From positions 124,001 through 188,000 of the IMG/VR virus record IMGVR_UViG_3300010885_025649: a DNA stretch of 64,000 nt. One strand, written 5' to 3'. How positions within the stretch are numbered: position 1 is the first letter of the stretch; every line of letters begins with the position of its first letter. Shown one piece after another: positions 50,301-57,224 of this stretch. Under the pieces are notes generated by a model that searched no databases, was not told the DNA's origin, and saw nothing but the letters and a program-made list of their open reading frames with translations. A program made the position numbers and the translations under genes.

Positions 50301-50895
50301 TATTAGGTTCTTGAGTAGGGTCAAAGTAATTAAATGCATTAGTGCCGGCCTCCATAAACAAGCTCAAACCTTCTCCTAAAGTTTGTCTATAAGATTGAAC
50401 TTCAGCAGTTTCTTGGAATTGATAAGCATCCGCAGCTTCAATATTAGCTTCCAAATCTAAGAATGCCGTTTCAGAGGCGGAGCTACCAGCTCTATCAACA
50501 TGATATTGTCTAGCAGCTTGACTAATAGCAGTAGCTAAATCCTTATTACTACTCATTGCAGTAAGTCTGAACTTTCTAATAGTACTACCATCAGGAGCTA
50601 ATTCGCTTTGCACAACTAAGCGATTATCTACAAAGTAATTATCTTGCCCAAATGGAGACGCACCTCTACGATAATAATAGGGGTTACTATCCCCGGACAT
50701 ATCAGTACCAGGAGACTGGAACATCTTATCTCTAAAGACGCGTCTATTAGCATTTCTAGTATCATAGACCCCAGCAATACCTTTATCAATAAGCGCAGCA
50801 ACATTATCATCAGAGGTAATGGCATAACCGCCCTGATAATACTGTCCTGTTATTTTATTCAAGAAACTATTATTGCGCATATAGTTAACTAACAA
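41329..50895 (-). CDS. giant (3188 aa) putative virion two-barrel RNA polymerase with N-terminal PLD-like domains (RNAP-A)
   Basis: FLRAGAP...QQGDYDGDMA (44479-44493); RLLDTKG; PLD-like HQKNISVYGD...GKQNLT and HQTS...TSANISARALRSNTETG; Gly/Ala hydrophobic C-terminus. Confidence 0.75.
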   Translation of the reverse strand: MLVNYMRNNSFLNKITGQYYQGGYAITSDDNVAALIDKGIAGVYDTRNANRRVFRDKMFQSPGTDMSGDSNPYYYRRGASPFGQDNYFVDNRLVVQSELAPDGSTIRKFRLTAMSSNKDLATAISQAARQYHVDRAGSSASETAFLDLEANIEAADAYQFQETAEVQSYRQTLGEGLSLFMEAGTNAFNYFDPTQEPNRRLKRALQPFFKPVESYSSELRNFYTKSGVAINTLDSDRLANDDFYLNMSAIASSAMQVVMANHFLLDTVGIASVRKGIKFNEDPLGFRSLLNVTETPTGILSAPTLASFANVFAAAGIGPVAFSEATIFSSFFQQEGQINQMLIAATDYLLNPRSTVKNSLNKLTINLTVQAPSSSITSGNLEVFAMAKNLLQLADAEYGGKLDINLAFLQQGRGGSIVLNSDALRSIVGGRTYLDAFTSGNVNAIDDMIRASGVFHEDLSSGSSGGIEHQKNISVYGDGQLIAFAGLGKQNLTPSATGRMSEPYTNPSQFNQMFVGLHGSNLLNDSTLVGKQIRQYSAGVESVFTGASLGTQYQQLLVTDAIDAVTKYQTTALIDTRGPIGTTGSNLNELALDKLLQTVLDEGTSRGYLLTNQLDLSSNTISGISTKILKALNTDRFTLMLGSPLELGGDVRLEQARRYFDTTNPGEFDRLVAAGKIRFSSTQRFQHQTSMLVTNQYGDAQYGLMTSANISARALRSNTETGLFIGNKDSHDPQLLGQLKSGLQELGLFREDTLSGRSPIYSSTAEFNNAARQAFGTKASWNKASELIRQTMEFNQKGGLNSKLFMQEHLPGIPQSGLRIRLKYAGEDVFNYDIGFTEKGDIYMQKYDTLISSMLINTGDKERVIAGRTFGANQTVKLNSAQAIIALGQIAEYQLVQRLRAYDRALDNPDLTLTDTVDKMRLMKYRIIKSTGTNEDLSRFNTEEMRIIFKMLTKASVPIPTKTMGYSQLGDSNKYQPFMYDDLFTTNEQVIKVAPVSPDSPGVEGVVYNLDGTSETMYSLSMQSQLTKGYKAKKLGAITQIGDPAASILTMEAAFRMQAYDKLDDVTGNTAAGTPFRIPMVAVLTAHKSIGQLGQRTKNLASPRFSYQYGQFNPATNQFRETGLPEPVYHMGYGEASDALRLAQLAAIERPREPLQVVALTTGEAGLNPEIGYDLLDTTQVRLVDLTIRFQPYKTTADQNTHNNLVTKLRDLVTAGNFYTEDEFKVAVTNLQKSVGMGAGFTVEVPNLAENRTGAKMQFVMINVDPEQSGNTAVTFKAKLYTNPTARLLDTKGPTAGMNRTYAETQANALDGIYGGIGARRFLRLSNAVQDVLMNNDVFDEDKLFVNDGADFRTKLKGSLATASPLINRLVSPKQFKYGTQPKMSGALKLRYGALMATNEDDFMKIMELRNLQTHSSTKHLQTLTQEVIEDVKKLTESLVNKMSKEQIDFYNKTPPEVKAAMQSYYTAGSPHGFYNELYQFIQHADPAQYINQLFKEAYTEVMSPQSQKFGFILPAKQAQAHKLDFTYYLIEAVSLYTQVKTQVRASRIPANEELDGLVSSVLGQMLGAKPKDNTALQRLQQIIPNFNLITLSQDTFRADDTRFGRKTSANMFSQYASLYEHYANDSDHLGFTANTPFADLVGEQSQIGLLRQLTQQAIGRMFLVGAFSQGLTEFAPAFDTQWHGGLDLTHLVVNEETRNQAMAIHSLYDSMYRSAKESAVGYVLSSTNKIDLNTKIQTLVNTSAADRTAGGINETDMYKYRQEVLAARQKGTVLIPTFELGAAIPNAVRVHRNIESTILDFELIPVLGAEQLKQLSINVNPNRDNADQYINRLVLSQQEITKVFNQMPTSLKEIDPDTNMSKIQYMSQNVSNANGKKLINYGLSIEEYSYLKSLNEAKRNYITALSNLLDSDTYQQYLSTTIHRAAGGSGVTMESNQVKLGEIALGLNPALRVVNDYVTKAKSNKSYYSGGADQEILDSGFDILTKAHTYTNPKFFVTNPFTLDETTLKSTLVGSTAGSSILDDIKLNGYSLRHHAESYGILDPTTKQGYDRNLLGVINDTFSMLKVDAYSDRFFSMFLRAGAPQGVAPAALKVITLRTLNNRAAGRRGVQLGFANNSDSIFVSKFAMGYQQGDYDGDMATIQALTSSAQAMAERDAIIGRRLGRTPTTTDISQAVTDSTNRLRSAGQAVNTTVIPYGTSGVDAVHSTYDALYGVLGPTSAEETAERIMEDKRIVSLHEQVTANVTSDTNILATFKRQSRVLSGLNAQTIEDSILLNKFGRAQYESTTKIIDHFHSAEFETVVSTELGAAGAAAFKSASVEDKLNTIQGNPTLSQHLAAYSANEGTVNSYLKLMFPVIMPQNIAAAATQQTAQVATKYMGMLYDTTSHIFSHEFLQADSMGKAKARTIESVSRIAYQMQMLGREGIKPNAATGVSPSEMYTALNQLYENAYEDKPTKTKLQPAALDQAVQATGLLNPVADYISAVQGNAGTPLTESISNKILTNLSYGALAAHVGSLSSDEIAHDFAKEVPHTKLQTIRRIAANLFQTLDEELVTGGSSEKITRLVTLAEDSLGRSAMNNSDIAALRAFATDTTGTVTYTKDLQDTMNRVLQAHQYHDLFKFVTSTLNERELMASRINTSNTIAPFGEAGLGSIDFDPLSVPDARNKVNELMHKGLLNIQKMYGVQKALTTESKADIGDLALAAAHIGQALITESVNFASREGAGTTITDILGRGKLHNVNIKEIMSGFRASIDETMKTKTFSDAVDKILEYSSHGPRAFPGEIYVNGSGKIVNGVSYIRATGMIGTDPSTASYTHEYSTSAGPQSKVIDYETAKRIVGRKLIIDRAISDASRLGISGQTAKETMMFIAQAAYESTSAPDSNEHNQNLVDLSNALHNNIKQMNPYEANEMVTRLAQSNELRAHINPPSGLIRNFKNAMSNNTPMGFLGYGMLAVTTIGASIVGGALGRESNTDPAELGRSVGHGLMSSNTFAPMRSAFMMASDITSAVKSMRDMSDSDTRHEILGGYALGLAGNIVGSTILSDVITTPIAKFIGKEGTNVGELASRGLANMGSGLITAAFGALAAGLSAAMAVRTATREESPVTSLTAQAIENEYEQAQAERYRLELINSAGESDVLNIAEVSITDSIDEYDDSELNQTSYLSSINNQEYEYHFQDVAGNDMSVMTT

Positions 50896-50996
50896 CTTAC
50901 TATACTATATAGCAAAAGTATGGTAATATCTAAGGATGCGCAGATTACACAAGGCGCAGGTACTAAAATAAAACTAGTTTACAACGGACACACAAA

Positions 50997-51416
50997 ATGA
51001 GAAAGGATAAGTTTTACAAGATCACGCTACCAACCGGGTTAGTAATTGAATTCAGAGAACCATTATTCAAAGAAGTAGAAACATTAAAGCATCAGTGGAA
51101 GAGCAAATTAGCAGCTAAGCAAATTGTATTAACCGATTTAGTTCCGGCCGCATGCATTGAAACTATTAATGGACAAGCTCCAGAAGAGCCAGATCCTATT
51201 GCATTACTAAGCACAATGGTATACAGAGATGTATGTGCTTACACTAACTTCTTCAATGGAATGTGTATGCCTCCTGACTTGGCCAAACAGATTGAGGAAG
51301 CAGATTACAATAGTTTTTTCGAGACGGGGGAGATCAACTTCCAGACCAAGAACAACTTCGAGACTTCCGATGGCAAAGAGACCGTAGTCGTCAAGAAAAC
51401 CGCCCAGAAACCTTAA
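50997..51416 (+). CDS. tail assembly chaperone (G)
   Basis: Size and 'ITLPTG..IEFREP' pattern; slippery site near the 3' end. Confidence 0.65.
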   Translation: MRKDKFYKITLPTGLVIEFREPLFKEVETLKHQWKSKLAAKQIVLTDLVPAACIETINGQAPEEPDPIALLSTMVYRDVCAYTNFFNGMCMPPDLAKQIEEADYNSFFETGEINFQTKNNFETSDGKETVVVKKTAQKP

Positions 51417-51913
51417 GTAAATATCGGCATAATCGTATAACCACTTGGGAAAAGAGAGTATTTCCTACACCTGTACAGTTTGCTCATCTTTCCCCAATTG
51501 GCCCAATATTCCCGGAAGTAACTATATTAGATGGAATCTTCTACTTTGTATATAGTCACTTCTTATATAGACGAACTACAAAGTTTCGAGATAACAAGTA
51601 CGATTTAACCAGGGCAATACAAGAAAGATTAATTGATGACTATATAAATAGTTATGAGTTGCGAGATCTATATGAAATAAGTAAAGGTTGGGGAATGCCT
51701 GCTTTTGCTGAGCCATTAACTGAGTTATCATATTTCTTAGTAGCCGCATTAAACTCAATACATTTAGAATATGTAGCAAAACTAAATAGACAGAAACAGG
51801 AAGAAGAACAAAAAATATTTAAGAAGTTTGAAGAAGTTAATAAACCTGCACCTCAAGGTCCACCAAGAGTTGAGAGTGCATTAACCAAAGTACATGTACG
51901 AGGATTAAGTTAA
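51314..51913 (+). CDS. -1 frame extension of the tail chaperone (GT)
   Basis: The -1 frame is open from 51314 (just after TAG 51311-13) to 51913, starting exactly at T TTT TTC. Confidence 0.75.
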   Translation, partial: FFRDGGDQLPDQEQLRDFRWQRDRSRQENRPETLSKYRHNRITTWEKRVFPTPVQFAHLSPIGPIFPEVTILDGIFYFVYSHFLYRRTTKFRDNKYDLTRAIQERLIDDYINSYELRDLYEISKGWGMPAFAEPLTELSYFLVAALNSIHLEYVAKLNRQKQEEEQKIFKKFEEVNKPAPQGPPRVESALTKVHVRGLS

Positions 51914-53416
51914 ATGGCACAAAGAGGAAGGCCTAAAGGCAGTACCGTTAGAAATAATAACTCATCAGAGTTTGATTTTAGCGCAATGAATAAGCCAGTC
52001 TCTGGGGCAAAACAAGTAGGTACAAATCTAAATCCATTTAATGCAAGTCTAGTCCAAAGTTATTATAGATTACCTACGAATGCGATTCAGAGTTATATAT
52101 ACGCAGCAACAGTAGAACCTACTATTCACGGAGCATTAGAATTAATCATCCGTAGTTTAGTAGGTGCTATTGGTAGTTATGAACACCCCAATAAAGAAAT
52201 ACAAGATTTTGTTAGACAGAACTTATTAGAATTAGATGAAAGTTTAAGTAATATCTTTTATAACTTAACCTATAATAATTTAACTGCGGGATATGCAGTA
52301 GGTGAGAATATTTGGGCTTTAAAGAATGAGCAATGGTGGTTAAAGAATGTAGCTTGTTATCACCCTGCATCAATATTCTTCAGTGTTAACCACAGAGGAA
52401 TTCTAACAGAAGGTGAAGCCAGTTTATTCGGCCCCTATACTACTGGAGTTTGGCAGCATCAATTCATGGGTACACCAATGAGACTACCCAGAAATAAACT
52501 AATAATCACCGCTCACAAGAAAAGAGATAATAATTATTATGGGGAGTCAGCTATCAAACCCATATATAATCATTACTTAGCTAAAGGTCAAGTACTGCCC
52601 ATGCAGTTAGTAGCATTAGATAGATATGGTAGTCCATTAATCCATGCTAATGTACCTGCAATGCCTACAACCAGAATGTTAGAAGATCCAATTACTAAAG
52701 AGATTCGTCCTATGAGTATGGCAGAAGATCTAACAGAGAAAGTTAGCAATCTACAAACCGGTAGTACTATTGTTACAGAGCAGCCGCCAGGAGCTAACAT
52801 TCAACCAATCAAGATTGAAGCTATTACAACCAGTAATAACTTTGGTAAGTCTTTTGATAATGCTACCCAACAATACAATAGAGAAATCTATAGAGGCTTA
52901 TTAGTTCCGCAGTTATTATTAGAAACCCAAACCGGAGTAATCGGACAAGGCGGGGCACCAATACACTTTGAAGTATTCAAGATTATGTTACAGAGTTTAT
53001 ATGAAGAAGTAATGGGGCCATTTCTAAGAGAGACTATTGGATCATTAGTATGGTATAACTTTAATGAGCGTAATCCGGGTAGCTTTCCTTTTATGCACAA
53101 AGATATTGCTACACAAGAACGCATTGCAGCATTACTAAAACAAGCTGTAGTGGATGGATTCCTAGACTACAATAATATTCAAGATCTAGATTATGGCAGA
53201 AGACTATTAGGATTACCACAATCTAATACGGATGAATTAGCCTCACATGCTAAACAGGTAAGAGATAGAACTAGTAGCAAGCCTGAAGAAATTAAAACAG
53301 CAGGACAAGTCTTGAAGCAAGGATTAGCTGCACAAGACTTTACACCAGAACAGATACAAGCAATCTATCATTGGTTAGAAGAAGCATTAGATTTAAATAA
53401 GGAAGAAGAAGAATGA
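51914..53416 (+). CDS. portal protein (Mu gp29/DUF935-like)
   Basis: GYAVGENIW, NYYGES, LDRYGSP motifs; 500 aa at the start of the head module. Confidence 0.85.
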   Translation: MAQRGRPKGSTVRNNNSSEFDFSAMNKPVSGAKQVGTNLNPFNASLVQSYYRLPTNAIQSYIYAATVEPTIHGALELIIRSLVGAIGSYEHPNKEIQDFVRQNLLELDESLSNIFYNLTYNNLTAGYAVGENIWALKNEQWWLKNVACYHPASIFFSVNHRGILTEGEASLFGPYTTGVWQHQFMGTPMRLPRNKLIITAHKKRDNNYYGESAIKPIYNHYLAKGQVLPMQLVALDRYGSPLIHANVPAMPTTRMLEDPITKEIRPMSMAEDLTEKVSNLQTGSTIVTEQPPGANIQPIKIEAITTSNNFGKSFDNATQQYNREIYRGLLVPQLLLETQTGVIGQGGAPIHFEVFKIMLQSLYEEVMGPFLRETIGSLVWYNFNERNPGSFPFMHKDIATQERIAALLKQAVVDGFLDYNNIQDLDYGRRLLGLPQSNTDELASHAKQVRDRTSSKPEEIKTAGQVLKQGLAAQDFTPEQIQAIYHWLEEALDLNKEEEE

Positions 53417-53694
53417 TAAAAGAATATAAAGAGTTTCTACAAAAAGCAATGAATTCAAATACTTTAATAGGTCTAGATACTGTGGAATATCCTGGGTTAA
53501 GATTAATGAATATCTTAACTTTAGGTAGAGAAACCTTTGTAGCAAATGTTATCTGTGCAAAAGACTTAAAGACTTATTTATATAGAGTAATGTTACCTTA
53601 TACAGCTATTCAAAGTGTAATATATTATCCTGCAACTTGGGAAAGTTTATTTGGGGATGATGATTTAGAATCAGAAATTGAATACGAGGATTAA
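53413..53694 (+). CDS. hypothetical protein
   Basis: Coupled 93-aa ORF. Confidence 0.7.
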   Translation: MIKEYKEFLQKAMNSNTLIGLDTVEYPGLRLMNILTLGRETFVANVICAKDLKTYLYRVMLPYTAIQSVIYYPATWESLFGDDDLESEIEYED

Positions 53695-54639
53695 GTGAAT
53701 ATCATTGATGAAACCACAGCAATAGAACTTATTAAAAATATCCAATTACTTTCTAACACAGAGCAATTAGATATTATTAATAAGTTCTATTATCGTTTAA
53801 GTAATCATATGAATCCTACAGAAGATATTATTGCAGCAACAGCAGTATTAGCTAACTACTTAAGAACTAAGAATAATAAATTAGATATCTTTACAAACTA
53901 TCTGGCAAAGAGGCAAAAAGTTCTCTTTATATGCACCTCTACAAGGTATGAAAAACACAGCGGGGATATTCCCAAGAGTACTGAACTTGCATATATTGTG
54001 CAACGTAAACTTGGACAAGACAAGGTGACTGTGATGGATGCATATAAGCTGAACATTTATGTCTGCGAAGGTAATGTGTCAGCAAGGGAAGGAAACAATT
54101 GTGGTGTAAAAGAAGCCAAGCTTATAGATAGCACAAAGAATCCCACAGGCTATCATAGGTGTTGGGCTTCTATAAATAATCCCACAGATGAATTATGGAA
54201 GATCAGTAAAGCTATATTTGAAAGTGATGTTATAGTATTCTGTTTATCAAATCGCTGGGGTAGTGGTTGTGCAATATATCAAAAGATTAAAGAGAGATTA
54301 AACTGGATTATTAATAGAGTAGACACCTTAAAAGAAACTCCGATAATAATTAATAAAGACTTAGGATTAATAATCACAGGACATAACTGGGGCACAGAAG
54401 AGTTACTTCTTAAAGAACAACAAGTGTGGAATATGTTTGGATTTAATACCCCTAATGAGCTACAGATTAGTTATCAATTTAGTAATGATATTACTACAAC
54501 AACTCCAGAAAGTTATTCAGAAACATATAAGAAGTTTGAACAAGTCTTTAATGTTAATTTAATAACAAATGATTATTTAGCAAGAATTATAATAAATCCA
54601 TACACAGGATTAAAACAAGATGGAGCCGATTTAAAATGA
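53695..54639 (+). CDS. flavodoxin-family / NAD(P)H-dependent FMN reductase-like protein
   Basis: VLFICTSTR, CEGNVS..GNNCG, HRCWAS, IFESDVIVF..RWG, GLIITGHNWG. Confidence 0.75.
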   Translation: MNIIDETTAIELIKNIQLLSNTEQLDIINKFYYRLSNHMNPTEDIIAATAVLANYLRTKNNKLDIFTNYLAKRQKVLFICTSTRYEKHSGDIPKSTELAYIVQRKLGQDKVTVMDAYKLNIYVCEGNVSAREGNNCGVKEAKLIDSTKNPTGYHRCWASINNPTDELWKISKAIFESDVIVFCLSNRWGSGCAIYQKIKERLNWIINRVDTLKETPIIINKDLGLIITGHNWGTEELLLKEQQVWNMFGFNTPNELQISYQFSNDITTTTPESYSETYKKFEQVFNVNLITNDYLARIIINPYTGLKQDGADLK

Positions 54640-54830
54640 TAACAAGAAAAGGATTAAATGTCCAAGCAAGAAAGAATACAAATAATAAATATCAAGCTTA
54701 TTTATATTGGGAGAACAGGCCTATTAGTATTAAAGCTTTAAGTGAAGAAGAATTTGAAACCGAAGCAGATGTATTAATAAACTTTAAAGATAAGATAAAA
54801 GATATTAAACTTAAACATAGGGATTTATAA
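54636..54830 (+). CDS. hypothetical protein
   Basis: Coupled 64-aa ORF. Confidence 0.6.
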   Translation: MITRKGLNVQARKNTNNKYQAYLYWENRPISIKALSEEEFETEADVLINFKDKIKDIKLKHRDL

Positions 54831-56272
54831 TGAACAGTTTTGAATGGAATGGCTTAACTATAGTTATTGAATATAACGAAGGGGATATTCGCTTTGGCCG
54901 ATATTGGTCTTGTAAGTATGGTTATATAGAAGACTACTTAGGAGAAGATGGTGTAGAGTTAGATTGTTATGTTGGAGATAACTTAGATAGCCCCAATCTA
55001 TTTTTACTACAGCAAGTACGCTTAGATGGTACTCCGGATGAATCTAAAGTAATGATTGGATTTAATGATATTGATGAGGCTAAACAAGCTTATATTAGAT
55101 GCATGCCTGTAAGATTCTTTGGGGGCATTAAACCAATTAGTTTTGATAGCCTTGAATATTTTCAGAACAAGATCTATACAACTACTCAACCGGTAAGATT
55201 TATTATTGATTATACTGTTCCTAATACTATAGAAGGAATTGATGCATATTTTGCAGATCCATTCTGTAAGGAATTAACCCAAGCACAGATCGCAGCTATT
55301 GCGGATAGCCCTGCAATGTATGAATGTTATTCTAATACTGTCTTTATAGATAAAGCTATCCATGCTAAAGCTGTAGCTAAAGCTAAGAATAAGTTTGATG
55401 TATGGCCTAGTGCATATGGCAGTTTATACATGACCAAATTATACAAAAGTATGGGAGGAAGATTCCGTGCGGAGAAGAACTCAACTAATGCTTTAAGTAA
55501 TACTACTATTAGTTGGTCTAGTGGTTGGCAAGTATTAAGTAATAAAGGAGAAGTCTTAGAAGTAAAAGACAATACTACTAGACCTAAATGTTTATCTTAT
55601 GATACCTGGAAAGCATCTATTTCTCCGGAGATCCTAAGTGCTTATACTACAAAGTATGAAGTTCAAAGTAATACCGTAGAGTTAAAAACCCGTGCTGAAA
55701 AATACTCATCTTTATCAGAAGAATTATTAAGTATGTTTAATTTAAGTGATGGTGAAGATGACGATGCAGATTTACTTGAAGATTATATCCATCACAACTG
55801 CACAGATTATACATATGATCAATTAGCAGAGATGCAAGATGAAGATCATATTCTTAATACTTTAATGGAATTATACGGTACAGAATATAATGATAGTGAA
55901 ATAGAAGGGCTGGAAGAAGAGTTATCTGCGAATTATTATATTCCTAGTAAGTACAAAGATAAAGAAAGTGGAGGACTAACCAATAAAGGCATCTCGTATT
56001 CCAATAGGAAGTTTGGCACCAAGTTAAAAGCAGGAGTGCAACACAAACCCCGAAGTCCTGAAGAGTTTCGTCGTCAAGGATTATTCTTAACTAGAATGTA
56101 TGGTCCTAATTCACATGGCCCTTTAACCAATGCAGATGGTACTCCAACCCGCCGAGCATTACAGGCAAAGAAGTGGAATAGTAAGATTCCTAAAACGGCC
56201 GATGATGTTAGGGTATTATATAAAAAAGGCAAACGGTTATTAGAAACTTATAGTAGATTAAAGGATAAATAA
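54830..56272 (+). CDS. multidomain head-associated protein: inorganic-pyrophosphatase-like N-domain + basic phage domains
   Basis: YGYIE..LGEDGVELDCYVG...DESKVMIGF; AK.KFDVWPSAY..Y..MGG; SGGLTNKG...GTKLKAGV. Confidence 0.75.
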   Translation: MNSFEWNGLTIVIEYNEGDIRFGRYWSCKYGYIEDYLGEDGVELDCYVGDNLDSPNLFLLQQVRLDGTPDESKVMIGFNDIDEAKQAYIRCMPVRFFGGIKPISFDSLEYFQNKIYTTTQPVRFIIDYTVPNTIEGIDAYFADPFCKELTQAQIAAIADSPAMYECYSNTVFIDKAIHAKAVAKAKNKFDVWPSAYGSLYMTKLYKSMGGRFRAEKNSTNALSNTTISWSSGWQVLSNKGEVLEVKDNTTRPKCLSYDTWKASISPEILSAYTTKYEVQSNTVELKTRAEKYSSLSEELLSMFNLSDGEDDDADLLEDYIHHNCTDYTYDQLAEMQDEDHILNTLMELYGTEYNDSEIEGLEEELSANYYIPSKYKDKESGGLTNKGISYSNRKFGTKLKAGVQHKPRSPEEFRRQGLFLTRMYGPNSHGPLTNADGTPTRRALQAKKWNSKIPKTADDVRVLYKKGKRLLETYSRLKDK

Positions 56273-57186
56273 TGCATACCGGAACAACTGTTGCAGTAGA
56301 AGAAGCTCCAGATTCTATAGCACCTGGACAAGATAGTGAGGATTGTCTAAGCACAAACTATAAGAAAGTATTTAATAATGATCAGTTATCAAAACTTTCA
56401 GATAAAGTAACTGAGGCATTAACTATTCACATGGGATTAAAAGAGATCTTAACTAATACTGAAAAGTTAAGTGAAGAATATAGTAATTACTTAGCAAAGA
56501 CTTTAACATTAACTAATCAGCTATTAAGCTTAGGTATTAATCAAGATTTAAGCCAGCTAAGTAGCTTAGGTAAAAGTAATCCAAAGAATCAATTTAATTT
56601 TATAGCAACTAGTTTACAAGCAGTAAGTACAGAATTGCAGGAATCACTTAGTATTAATGTTCCTGGTAGTGTTTATACAATGACCTTAGATAATCCGCTA
56701 CCAGATCAAACTCCTTTAGACAATGAACCGGCTAAGCCACAAGAAGATGCATTATTCAAAGTGCAAGAAGAGATGGATTCTAAACAAAATGGTTACGATA
56801 AGACTGGCTTAAAGAGTTTATATACCGGGCAACAATTCTATAGTAATTTAGTGGATGCGGCTGATTATAATTGTGGATTTGACGAATGCCCATTATTTAG
56901 TTATAGTATGGATGTACTCGGGGTACCAGAAGATGAGGTAGATTTAAGTACATTCGTATTAAGTAAACTAGATGGTAGTGCTAGAAAAGCTTTAGCTGCC
57001 AGTGAATTTGGATTACCCAAAGAGCGTAGGTTTCCTTTAAATGATAAAGCCCATGTATTAGCAGCCTTACGCATGTTTAAGTTAGGTAAGAATCTAAGTG
57101 ATGCACAAAAGAGCAGTCTAAAAGCTAAGATACATGCTAAAGCTAAAGAGTATGGAATTGAAGTAGCAAGCGCAGAAAAACCCTAG
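56272..57186 (+). CDS. head-module protein with C-terminal 'FGLPKERRFPLNDKAHV' domain (DUF6582-like)
   Basis: Motif recognition. Confidence 0.7.
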   Translation: MHTGTTVAVEEAPDSIAPGQDSEDCLSTNYKKVFNNDQLSKLSDKVTEALTIHMGLKEILTNTEKLSEEYSNYLAKTLTLTNQLLSLGINQDLSQLSSLGKSNPKNQFNFIATSLQAVSTELQESLSINVPGSVYTMTLDNPLPDQTPLDNEPAKPQEDALFKVQEEMDSKQNGYDKTGLKSLYTGQQFYSNLVDAADYNCGFDECPLFSYSMDVLGVPEDEVDLSTFVLSKLDGSARKALAASEFGLPKERRFPLNDKAHVLAALRMFKLGKNLSDAQKSSLKAKIHAKAKEYGIEVASAEKP

Positions 57187-57224
57187 CAATTAGTATATAG
57201 TATAAAGAAGTTAGAGAAATAGTA

